From Paramecium tetraurelia (lineage: Eukaryota), in assembly GCA_000165425.1 (NCBI GenBank), contig CT868463.1, positions 1 through 64,000 of the forward strand: a stretch of 64,000 nucleotides of DNA. Direction: 5' to 3'. The notes below the pieces were generated by a model. That model was not told the DNA's origin and searched no databases. It saw only the letters and a list, made by a program, of their open reading frames with translations. Below, piece by piece: positions 18,163 to 30,523 of the stretch; positions within the stretch are counted from its first letter, which is position 1, and the number at the start of each line of letters is the position of its first letter. Both the position numbers and the translations under genes were made by a program.

Positions 18163-20851
18163 ATGTTTAAGTCTCAATTTCTTAATAACTTTACAATTCT
18201 CAGGTTGGCATAAAGAATCATTATAAATGCTAATGAACCATCCTTAGGTTTATAAACTGTTCTGATAATTGATAATCAAACTGGAAATATCTTTGAACAG
18301 CAAGAAGCTCCCTAGATAGAAGGGGAAGTTTGTTTGGAAGAGATACAAGCATCATCAATTTTAGGTATATATTAAGGACAGCTTTAAAAATATTTAATTG
18401 TGTGTAAGAAGTGCGAATTAGTGGCTTAAGTATTAAAATAGAAATACTATAGAATTCAATCTGTAGGCTTTATTGGATTTCAATTTTGTTTAGATAAAAA
18501 AATGTATTAGGATGAGTATGGGCAAATGTAATCTATAAAAGAAGTATACTCTTTTTTTAAATCTATAGTACTTGTCGAATCATTTTTACTTTAGTTACAA
18601 TGGTAATCCAGCTCAGCCGTTATAGAGCTACTACACAAATAATTATAGGGATTTTTCAGAATTTTTATGGAATAATCATCTTACAAATAAATTTTAGGAT
18701 TACGACATTCAGCCACAATGGTATTGTAAAATGATTTAAGGCTATGTTGGATAATTTCAGAGTAAACTAGGGAATGAATAGATTAAATATATTCTGATTA
18801 GTAGAAAATGCAGATATTAATCAGGTACTAGATTTCATCATAGAGGAATTAATGATGATGGCTATGTAGCCAATTATGTAGCAACAGAATTTATTGTTAT
18901 GGTTAAAGGGTTTTGCATAAGTCATGTTATTTATAGAGGTAGCGTTCCTACATTTTGGAAGCAAAAAGGAATCACAGGATAAGTGAAAATTACAAGGAAT
19001 GAATAACTATGTGTTCATGCTTATCTTAAACATTTTAATGATTTGCAAGAATGTTATAAAAACATAAGTTGTATTAATTTGATGGGGGAAAATACATCTG
19101 AAAGCACCCTAAATGAGGCTTTTAAAAGCATAGTAGAAAAAAATTAAATAGATGGAGTTATTTTAGTTCGTATTGATTTTCATAAGATTTGCAAAAATGA
19201 GAAATTTAAATAAATTGATAATTACATTCGAGGATCAGATGACAAAAGTATTGAATTTGATTGCTTTGCACTAAATACAGTGAATTAATAAATAATGTCT
19301 TTGCAATAAGGATCATATAGAGTCAATTGTTTAGATTGTTTGGATAGAACTAATGCTTATTAAAGTCGTTTGTGTTTAAGGATTACCGACTTACTTCTTG
19401 TAAAATATTAAGTAAATCATGATTTAGATTTACTCTATATGATTGAAGATACTAAAGCCTGTGAGTTCTTGAATTAATATAGAGTAATTTGGGCTGAGAA
19501 TGGAGATGCTATCAGTTAATTATATTGTGGAACAAATGCAACCACCAGTGAATTTACAAAAAAAGGAAAAACAACATTCAAAGGATTCTTTACTCACAAT
19601 TTGGCATCAATTGGAAGATTATTTAATTAGACATTTATTGATTCAACTAAAAATTAAATAATTGAATCCTATTTGCATGGAATCCAAAATTAAAGATCTT
19701 CTCTTTAAATTTATCTGCAAAGTTAAGTTAAATCTTATTGTAAATTTCAGAAATTTAAGTTATTTGCTTTAACTTGGAATGTAAATGGCAATTTAATTCT
19801 AAATTTGTAAAAAGACGTGTTAGAATTTCACTAAGATTATATCCCAGACTTTATTGTTATTTCTTTATAAGAAATATAGTAATATAAAGCTCACAAGATA
19901 ATTGGATAAAACCAAGATATTGTAAATGAATGGATTAAAAGCATTGAATCATCTATAAATATGAATGGAAAGTAGTTCTGTTTGGTCTAATAAGAAAATT
20001 TAGTGGGAATGTTAATATTAATCTATTCTAAAGTTTCTCTTGTCTAACTCATCAATAAAATATCAACTGATAGAATTAAAACAGGTCTTGAAGGTCATAG
20101 TGGAAACAAAGGAGCATGTTTAATTAGATTTTAGATTAAAGATTCTTAAATTGCTGTTTGCAATTGCCATTTAGCTTCTGGATATAGTAAAAATAAACGA
20201 AGAATGGAAAGTCTTGAAGAAATCCATGAAAAAGCTTTTAAAAATTAAATGAAACCACTAGATTCATCAGATTATACTTTATTAATGGGAGATATGAATT
20301 TTAGATTAAATTCAAATTAAGCTACAACTCTGGATCTAATTGAATAACAAAAGTAATTCTACTAGTAAGGCAATTTAAGGTAAGCTGAATAATGTATCAT
20401 TAAACTTTAATAATAAGATTAAGCATATGAGGCAAAAGCAAAATATCCTCTGCAAGAATACTAAGAAGCCTGCATTACTTTCTTACCTACATATAAATTA
20501 AATGCTAATCATACATATTAGACAAAGAAATAAGAATAAATTCCATCTTACTGTGATCGAATTTTTATTAAGACAAATGAATAAGCCCTAATCAAATAAT
20601 TATTTTACAAAAGTATTGAGAGATTTGACAGTGATCATTTACCAGTCACTGCAATGTTTATTATTGATGTTAAAACAATAGATAAAGAAAAAGAAGCTAA
20701 TTTAATAAAGGAATTTACTTAAAAAAGTAATCAATTAGAAGAGGAAGAAAATACTATAGAAGAATAGCAAAAATAAGAAAAATCAGCAACATAAAAGTCA
20801 GAAAATAAAAAAGGAATATTTTAATAATTTAAAGATAAATTTCTTAAGTGA
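18163..20851 (+). CDS. Synaptojanin-like phosphoinositide phosphatase (SAC1 plus inositol 5-phosphatase domains)
   Basis: SAC domain: FLWNNHL, LISRKCRYQSGTRFHHRGINDDGYVANYV, RGSVPTFW, RVNCLDCLDRTN. 5-phosphatase: TWNVNG, GNKGAC, NCHLASG, GDMNFR, PSYCDRI, SDHLPV. Confidence 0.93.
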
Positions 20852-21575
20852 TTTGATTGAAAATAATATTATAATACAATTCAATAATTTCTATTTTCTT
20901 TACTTATTCAGATTGATAAAACTCAAAAAAGAAATTAGATTTTTGGTTTCTTAAAATTCAATAAATTGATTATAGAATTTGAATTAGTATTTCTTATGAT
21001 AATGGTTTGTATTTTTTAATTTGACAATTTCTAATAATAATAAGTCTTGAAGGAGCTCGTAAGAGTAAATGTTTAAACTCTCTATTAGGCTAAACAGCAT
21101 AATGGTTTTGAATTAAAATTATTACTATGACTTTCGCTAATTAATTTTATTATCAAAATCACCAAAAATATTTTTAAGATTCTTTCTGCTTGTAATAGCT
21201 GCTACTCAATTATTCAAAGATGCAGAAATGATTTGATTTCTTAAAAAAGTTTTCAAAAGTCAAAAATTCTGCATCTTTTAAAGGATATTCAATTTCTTTA
21301 TAATTTGAAGAAAAATGTTTGCATACAATATAATCTATAAATTTTGTCTTAATTCAACAACAGAAGAGAGAATATTAATTCAGGTTTTTATTATTAATTG
21401 GAAAAGACATCTTAAAATAAAAGGAATATAAGAAAGTCTGAATTTGAAATATTATCAATATATCAAAATTTGGATATAAATAATAATGGAATAGACCTCT
21501 AGAGATGCCTGATTTCTATTATAGTTTTATATCTGAAAAATTTAATAAATATATTAGTAAATAAAATAGTATTAG

Positions 21576-23301
21576 ATGAACCCAGTAAGAGTGTTTCCTA
21601 TAAAATTTAATGAGTCACAATAATAATCAAACAATCAATAATCAAGTGCAAGTTCTCCAATGCTAAAGAAAAAATAAGGATAATAACAGCCATCAGAAAG
21701 ATCAAATGTAATAAATATGTCTCCCGTGATGTAAATAATATAGGATTAATTTAGAAATGGGCAATAACAAAATAAGAGTAAAATGCAACTGAAGAGATAT
21801 TAAACTATAAGCAATGGAATATAAGATGATAAAGTGAAAATAGTAATTTCAAATCAATTAATGTTAGATCCAACAATAAAGATTATCTTAAGGACAGCCT
21901 ATTAGTTATTCTCCAAAGAAAAGAGTGATAAGTTCAAATTATTAAGAAGTATTTTCAATAAATATTTAGGTACCATCTCCTACAAAATTACCAAATTTAA
22001 AAAAAGCAGAGAATACATCAAGTTAGGATATTTTATAAAAAATCGATTTAGGATTAGCCCAAAAAAGAAGTAAAAGAACAGATGCCAGCAATGAAGTAAC
22101 TCCATCGGTATATTTTGAATTGAATATATTTTTAGAGCAGAGCATAAATAATCAAATTACTTTAAGATACTTCACCTAAACAGAAAGTTAATAACTCAAG
22201 AGCAAAAGTGGAATCTCAAACGATTGAGTAGGACACAAGCATAAAACCAAGGATGCCTTAATAAATGGTTATGTTACATGGAAGATCAACGAGTTAGGCA
22301 ACATTAGTAAATAATCAAACTAATGAATAAGAAATGCAAGATTATGTTTAATTGTTCTTTTCAAAGTATCAATATTATAAAATAAGGTCTCAAGCTGGGT
22401 AAAATGGAAATGGCTAAACAAAAACCAATTAAGATAGTGTTATAATTACAAATAATTTAGGGGGAATCAAAAACAGGTATATTTTCTCAGTTTGTGATGG
22501 GCATGGTGTCTATGGTCATTATGTTTCTTAATTAGTCAAAAGAGTGCTTCCAACCATAATTGATCAATAGATTAAAACCTTTATAGGGAAATAAGAATAA
22601 GATATAAGTGAAGTCTACGAATAAGAAATTCGTAAGGTTTTGAATTCAAGTTTTAGTAAAATGACAAAGGATTTGTAGAACTCTGGAATTGATATTACAT
22701 TTAGCGGAACAACTTGTTCATTGGTCTTCCTTTCCGGACCTCATTTGTGGTGTGCAAATATTGGCGATTCAAGATCTGTAATTCATTATTCTAAAATTAG
22801 ATCTTTATTGAATAACAAAATTTCAATAAATGGCATCTAGTAGAACTATCCAATGATCATAAACCTGATTTACCTTCTGAGTTTAAGAGAATTATTTCAA
22901 ATAGAGGAAGAGTTGAACCTTATATGACAGAAACAGGAGAGAAAATAGGACCAGCAAGAGTTTGGTTATAACACGAACAAATTCCAGGTTTAGCTATGAG
23001 TAGATCATTTGGGGATCATGTTGCTTCAACGGTAGGAGTGAGTTCAGAACCTGAGATTATTCATCACAAAATGGATGCCAATTGTGCATTTCTAGTAGTA
23101 GCGAGTGATGGAGTGTGGGAGTTCTTTTCAAATGAAGAGATCTAAAAAATCGTAATTTCTTATTGGAGTCCAAACATGACAGCTAAAAAGATAGATGAGA
23201 TTTGTGATATCATTGTTAGAGAATCAACTAAAAGATGGTAAGAAGAAGATGAAGTTATCGATGACATATCTATTGTTATTGCTTATCTCCATAGATAATG
23301 A
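21576..23301 (+). CDS. Protein phosphatase 2C with long low-complexity N-terminus
   Basis: KTNQD, VCDGHG, SGTTC, ANIGDSR, LSNDHKP, GLAMSRSFGD, ASDGVW, DDISIVI; TGA 23299-23301. Start codon inferred. Confidence 0.92.
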
Positions 23302-23369
23302 AATTATCTATTCATGTAATGCACATCAATTTTTTCTTTATTTTAAATTATTTAATATTTAACCCTTTA

Positions 23370-26300
23370 TCATTCCAATTCTATTGTCTTTTATTATCTT
23401 TTGGCTGCCAGTTCTGCTTTTTTAGATTACAACCTTCTTAATTCTTCCATTACATCTTTTTTATTTTACCCTGTATTTGTTTCTTAATTTTATTATTACT
23501 ATTATTTAATTTATTATTAATTTTTTAAATTTTCATTTTATTATTACAAAGCATCAAGATTACAAGATTAAGACATCTTTTTTCTTTAATCTCTTTGTTA
23601 TTTCTATTCTTGTGATTTTATTCTTGCAATCTGGGTTAAAGCCTACAATTATTCATAAATAAAATACATTTTAATAATCCTTCCAGATTTTATCAATCTT
23701 AATAAAAAATTCATCTGATTGTATTTTAGGATCCTCGCAAAAGTATTGTAATAATCCTTTATATTTGCTATCTAATATTGCATTTTTTTCTTCCAATTTC
23801 TTAATTCTTTCCTGCAACTGTTCTTATAAAAGTTTAAATCTAATTTATATTAATATATCTTACTTGACTTATGCCTAATCACTTGAGTCTTCTCCATGAC
23901 TCTTTTTAGCTCTCTCTACAACTCTCTCCATTCTTTTCAATTCATTTATATCCTACGAAAGTGAAGATATTGATGTTTTGCAGAGAAAATCATAATCAAT
24001 TTTAGCAAGAAATTCTTAATCGTATAAAGAGTAGCCTAAATCAGCTTCGATGTGTAGGATTATAACAATCAATAAATTAGTTTTATTATCGTTTGATTTT
24101 ACATCGTCTAATTAACTCATTATATCAAGCTTAAATGCATATGCTCCTCCCCTTGTTGATTGTCCATTTAAATAATTCCCATATCCTAAAGAGTATTCCA
24201 ACATTATTTATAATTTTTTATCTTCTTATTATAGTTTGATTCCATTTTCTATCTTATTTTATTTTGCATCAACACTTTCATAAAGTCCCGTCCATTCATA
24301 ACTTATCACAATGGCTTCTGCTCTTAATTTGATCTATGGCACAGTACTCAAATCCATAAAATATAAGTCAGGTGTTGCAATAGTTGAAAGGTCTGGAGGG
24401 TTGAAGTGTAAAAATACTTCTTATTCCTCCTTTTCTGGAACAGCATTTATAATCATCGCTATTTTTTCCTCAGTTAATATACTTGTATCTATTTTTAAAA
24501 AAGCTTCCCTTAATGTCAAAGAACTTATTTTTAATCTCGAAATAACTAATTCAACATTCTTGCAACGTTCTGCCTGTAATTGAGAAACCTTTTATTTTAT
24601 CTATTACTTTTAAGAAGGTAGTGCATTTCCAGTTGCTTTAACTAATTCAACTTTGCAAAATTACTCCTCCAAAATAGAAGTATTTATTTTTATTTTTGAA
24701 TCGTCAATCTTCTCCCAAATTGTAGTTTTAATCTTATCTTCTTTTATTACAACCCAAGGAACTTATTTCATTGGTTTTTAGGGATTTTACTTCTTCTTGC
24801 CAACTTATTAAGGTATTCCAGGCCCTTTAGCATTAGCACCACCAAATGTAGGCGGGGGAGGAGGAATTCCTTTTTATCCAGGAGGCGGTGGCGGAGGAGG
24901 AGGAGGAGGTGCTCCTGCTTTTTAACCTGGCAAAGGTGGTGGTGGAGGAGGAGGAGGTCCAGTCTTTTAACCTGGCAAGGGTGGTGGTGGAGGAGGTCCT
25001 GCCTTTTAACCTGGTAATGGTGGAGGAGGAGGAGGCCCTGTTTTTTGACCTGGCAATGGCGGAGGTGGAGGTGGAGGCGGAGGAGGAGGTGGAGTTTATT
25101 TATGTTGACCTGGCAAAGGTGGCGGAGGAGGTGGTGGCGGTGGCGGTGGAGGATGCGATTTTACTGTATTAGATTAACTATTTTATGTCTGTATAGCTTA
25201 TGTTTAGGTTTACAGTTTGAGCTCGATTTTCTTGATGTATGTGTTTGCATCGATTAATTTTTCCTTTAACTAACTTAACTCTTACTAAATCCTTGCTTTC
25301 TCATTAATGTGAGATCTAATTTAATTTTCAAGTTGTGTACATTTTTCTTCACATGCCAATAAATCTAATTTGAGAGGATCATTTTTTCTCAGTTCAATCA
25401 TTTTATCCACAGCCACAGACATCATTTATGAGATGACGTTAACTCCAATTTTGGCAGCAGATTGTAAATAGTCTTAGAAAGAATCTAAAACTTAGGGAAC
25501 TAGAGTAGCTTCTCTGATTTATATAAGAAGTTTTTGATAATCTAAATCAGGAATTCTTAGTTTGATTGACCTTTCTTCATCAAGGAATGTTGTAATAGAC
25601 CCTGCTCTTTTTGTTCTTGCCTTTTTATCAACAATTAATTTTTTGGGTTTCATAACTTTTGCGTATACTTTTTCAGTTAGTTCTAAGAAGGCATCAATTT
25701 ATGCAAGGGCCTCTGAAGTTGCGTTTTCAAATTTTTTTTAGGCCTCTAGATCTTAGAGATCTATAAATAAATCTGCACAGAGTGCTGCACAAATACTTAA
25801 TTCTACTGGTTTACCATCAGGAGGGAGTAATTTTCTCTTTCGAGCAGAAGGATTGATTTTGTAATGTTGATATTATTCTAGGAGCATTTCATCCATATAT
25901 TAATAAGTGCAATGCTCGATTTTATAATATCCACTTTGGATTTTGACTTTGACATCCTCAATCAAAAATCTAAGTCCAAAATTAATTAGGAGTGTTTTTA
26001 ATTTATTACTATATTCAATATCTTCGTGTGCTTCCATAAAATAATTTATAAATCTAACCATATTCAGGACGGAGAAAACGCTTTTATTTTATTGCAAAGT
26101 CTGAATAAATGGTTCAAAGGGATAATTCCACATTCCATTTCTTTTCATTTCCATCCATGATATTGAAATCTAATTCATTTTTTCATCAGTCTGATTTTTA
26201 CAAATGACTATATAGATTTCCAATAGTAAACTAAAATTAACAGAGTGCAAAGGATTCAAAATTTCAGCAAGTTCATTTAAAATGGGTTAATTTAAATCTA

Positions 26301-26849
26301 GATTACAATTCTATTGAATGCAATGTAATATAATGTTTAATATTAAACACTTTAGATAATATGTAAATATATTACTTCTTTGTCGTGATATCCTTCACAT
26401 TCAAGCTTTAATAGATTTCGTAATTGCTCTATCAATTATTTATCTTCAATGAATTTTTCTAAATCTTCTTTGTTAAGAGTTCGCAAATATATTAATAATT
26501 CTTAGAGCCCTTCTTCAGAACCAATAATGCATGGGGCTGTTTCTATCGATTTGTTCATCATGAATGATTGAATTAATTACGCTTTGAAATCTAAGAAGTC
26601 AGTTATATAAAGTACTTGTAGGAAGATGTTGAAGCTTATTTATTTTATCAATTTTCAAGTTGATAGACGAAAGGACCAAATCCCAATCATCTTGGTTGAT
26701 ATCATTAGCTTAAAATTGAGGATCAAAGACAAGTGTAATAGGCTTAATTAGATATTTAATGGGAATACTTTGGCTTGATTTCTAATTTAATAGGTTAATT
26801 TCAATTTATCAGGAGAAGGTGCTGAATATTTTGGGTTTATTTAACCCAT
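23370..26849 (-). CDS. Formin (GBD/FH3-like region, FH1, FH2)
   Basis: Starts MGQINPK. Poly-Pro FH1 ~24850-25155, then FH2 motifs (KTTIWEKI, ERCKNVELV, GYGNYLNGQSTRGGAYAFKL, LQYFCED). Confidence 0.93.
24850..25155 (-). repeat. FH1 tandem repeats encoding P(n)LPGQK(T/A)G
   Basis: Repeated ...acctggcaa(a/g)ggtggtggtggagga units on the + strand; GC-rich island. Confidence 0.9.
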
Positions 26850-26882
26850 GAGTTAATTCTAATTAATAATATTGAATAATGA

Positions 26883-27933
26883 TCATAACAATTTGAATAT
26901 GAAATAATTAATAAAAATGTATAGGATGAAGAAGGAGAAAAAGTAGACGAACTACTCTTCACATGCTACTCCTCCTTTTTTAATTGTTCTGTCGTTTGTT
27001 GATTATATGGCTCTGTTGTTACCATTTCCAGAAGCGAAAGTTGAGTTACTCAAGAAATATGTGTTAAAAGCATCTAATTAAGTCTAGGTGATTGGCAATA
27101 TGGAATCCAGAATGTACCAGTTCACATTCTCATCACAATCTAATATATTAGGAGATAATTCAACCTGGAATAGTTAAGGATCCAACATAGGTATAATAGG
27201 CTGGATTGGCATCTAACTATGACCCCAAGAGATCGTTGAAATTGATTGAAGCTATAGTGGAAGTAACGGATGCTGCTGTCGTTGTATTTGTTGAATTAGT
27301 TGTGTTGGTTGTGGTAGTATTAGTTGAAGCAGATGCCACCAACGCAAAGTCGTATGTTGTGAAGAATGGTTGATCTGTGCTTGAAACTTCGAATAATATT
27401 GAAACTATGGCTTTGGTTATGGTGGCACTGAACTCAGACTAAAATTCAATATATATTAATTACTTTTAAATCATGCACAATTTGCATTTCTAGGTCATAT
27501 CTGGTTCCTTCTATTGTATGCTCGGAAGGACTGTGGAACATAAATGATGTTGCAGTATAGCCTAATGTATTTCAGCAAAATACCATAAAGATTTCCATTG
27601 ATGTCTGTTGCATATAAATTTGAGACTGCTGCTTTCGATTGAATTGTATATTGGACTCTCTCCATGACTATTTACATAGCATCCTTCTTAAATTAAATGT
27701 CTAGAACCATAGAATTGTCACATGTTCCAGATGATACTTCTAAATTAATGGGACTCTGAGAAGTACTACCTAAAATCATAATAATTAATAGTATCACTTG
27801 AGCAAACTCCTGAAGTCCAATCAGATCCTTAACTAGCATAACTTATTGTTGTTGCTGTTGTAGTTGTTGTGTTTGTTGTTGTGGTTGTTTAACTTTAAAC
27901 AATAAATAAAAGTGGAATTATCAAAACAATCAT
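26883..27933 (-). CDS. Alpha-carbonic-anhydrase-related surface protein (signal peptide, Thr-rich tracts, C-terminal membrane anchor)
   Basis: SYASQGSDW..C, SQSPINL, SFMFHSPSEHTIEGTRYDLEMQIVH, YYTYVGSLTIPDCDENVNW, NNRAIQ, hydrophobic tail FVYFFSFFILYIFINYFIFKLL*. Several ~25-nt introns. Confidence 0.88.
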
Positions 27934-28541
27934 TCAAATTTCAATTATTTAATTAATATAAACTTCATTTTGATTTTTTCTTTTTGTTATCATCCTCATC
28001 AAATAGTGAATCATCCTATATTCTTTCATTCCAATATACTGAAATTTATTAACACAGATTGAATTTATTTTATATTTATACAATTCTTAAGATGCAAATT
28101 ATAAACAAAAAGATTTTAAAATGGTGTTATCATAATATTACATGAAATCAATCTCAAATAAACTTCGTTTATTAAGAAGATTTTACTTATTTGAAAAATT
28201 AATAAATCATTTAAAAATCTCCTATTAGTTAAGAAAATCATTAAAATCTTCAGTAACTTATAGAAACAATAGAAAAACCATTAATTCATTTGTTTTATAT
28301 TATTTACTTTAGTAGAACAATTCTCAGAATGTCATTAATGATTTTTAATATTCTATTGTAATAATAATGGTGATAATTGATATACTACTCTTATTTTTGG
28401 GTAATATTTCGAATAGGCTATACTTCTTCAAGAATTGTTCCTTATTCAAAATTTTACATCAAGCTATAAAAATCAAAATGCTAAATTAAAAAACAATATA
28501 AATATAAGTTCTTCACCTAATGTAAAATAAAAATAAATTAT

Positions 28542-30323
28542 TCATTATTTAATCAGTGATTTTCCAAGTAAAGGTTGGATCTCAGCTTTTTGATGGTTCT
28601 AAGTAAGAATATATAATATTCAAATACTTTCATTCCATAATTAGTTCCAACTCTTAATTAAGGTGCTGTAGATAGTTAGCTTCTTAGTTAATTTGGTTTT
28701 GCAGTTTAAGGAACACTAAATTAGAACTTCTCATGATTCTGGATATTCAGAAACCTTCCTTAAGATCTTGATTTTTGGCTGATAGCAGTTTTGGTAAACT
28801 AATGATTCCTATATATTATATACATCACTTTAAGTTTTAAATAAAGACTTAAATGTATTGGAATTAAATGAATTTTGTTATGTTCTTTAAAACTTTCTTA
28901 ATTCTTGTAAAACCGATATTGGCAGATGATCTCCAGGTAAAATTGGATTGGTAATAGTCTTAGATTTTTCTTCAAGGATTGGCAATTGATGGTCTTGAAC
29001 CGAGGATCCGTTGAATTTAAAATAGGGTTCAGAATTACTATATGACATTTAGTGTGCTGCCAATGCATTTTTAAAGTCTTCTTCGAAATTCCTGATTTTC
29101 AGGGTTAGAGGAGGTTTATTTTTTGTGCTTTACTATAATAATAATAAGGGGTATTTACGATTTATAATTCATCTACATTGATATTATATTAAGTTTTAGC
29201 TAAATGTATATATTTAGATACATCTTGCTTCAATTTAATGATAGAGTTATTAGTTTTTTCCTTCAACTTAAATAAGCTTTAAGTCTCAGGAACTTGATGT
29301 GATCTTACGATAGCATCAATTTCTCTCAATTTTTTAGGAACTTTCAATTGTTATTCCTTCTGCATCATATTAAGGTTATTTTTAAGATTTGGGACTCTTG
29401 GAAGCGCTCTGAGAATTGTAAACTAATTGTAAGGGTAGAATTTACAGGAATTTTTGTAGAGGTTAAACCTTTATTCATTTCTCTTAATGAATTCTTGTTC
29501 TTAGTCTAGATTTTGGCTCTCTCCAACTTCTTCATGAATGATGTCAACTTCAGGGGTTGATTGATTTCGCTTTTAGACACTGATGGTTTAATTGAGATTG
29601 ATCATTTCCATGTATTTCTTGAACTTCTCCAATTAGGAAATGGATGTATCCTAATAATAGAAAGATAGTTAAAAACATCAATGGCTTTTTTTAATTCATC
29701 TCGACTTGCCAGATAGCTGAGATAGGAGATCATATTGTTGAAAGTGAAGGGCATGTATTTTCCAGCTGGAGATGAACTGTCTAATTTTTATTCTTTCTCC
29801 ATATTCTCTCTTAGTTCTTTCATGATTTCATAGAAGACTAGGAGGATATGGGAAAGTGCATACCTTGTGCGGCTTGTTCGTTGAAAGCTGAATTTTTGAA
29901 TTCACTCCAATTTAAAGCATCTTTGATTACATTTATCAATTACTATCTCTGTCTTTGTCAACAATTTTGAAAAACTTTTGCAATTGTTCTTCAGTGATTT
30001 TGAAACCATTTTTTTAAAACATCTCATATAACTCGCTCATGTCCAAATTGTCTAAATTAAATTCAACTCTCATACTTGATTTGTTTTGGTCGAAATTTTA
30101 GAAGATCTTCTTAACTTCCAACTATTGTTTGATTTCTTCTGGGAAGTACAAATATTTCTTTTTGACTTTGTCATTATATCTGCAGATTACAATGTATAGT
30201 TCACCTTTTCTTAAACCAATCATGAACATCTCGAGATTATAAGATGGATCTCTTAATGCCTGATAGTTTCTCTATCGTGAGTCCGTCGAATTCATCTTCT
30301 AAATTGTCATTGGCATTTATCAT
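28542..30323 (-). CDS. EF-hand domain protein
   Basis: KKIFQNFDQNKSNNLDMSELYEMF and KFFKIVDKDRDNALNWSEF (EF-hand pair, each interrupted by a short intron), followed by a long low-complexity tail. Confidence 0.8.
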
Positions 30324-30523
30324 GTTAGATAAAAATAATAATTTATTTTGTTTATTTTATATATATATAACAATTAGCTAATTTAATGTCTCATTTTACA
30401 CTAAAATTCAACGGAAATAGTTGAAGTGAGTCAGATAATCAATAAATTTAATATAAATTTGACATGATTTAAGAATAAAAATTAAGTGAATGTTGAGATT
30501 AGTATTATTTACAATTTAAATTT

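Noticed and set aside
20870..21560. Coding-like spacer between the synaptojanin and PP2C genes
   Set aside because: The frames examined on both strands are interrupted by TGA; no recognisable family.
24888..25257. Plus-strand ORFs rich in Glu/Val or Trp/Arg
   Set aside because: Antisense shadows of the formin FH1 poly-Pro repeats; also not a CRISPR array (no unique spacers, coding periodicity).
27965..28530. Minus-strand coding-like fragment ending ..DDSLFDEDDNKKKKSK*
   Set aside because: Upstream frames contain TGA and no consistent start or splice pattern; at best an unidentifiable remnant.
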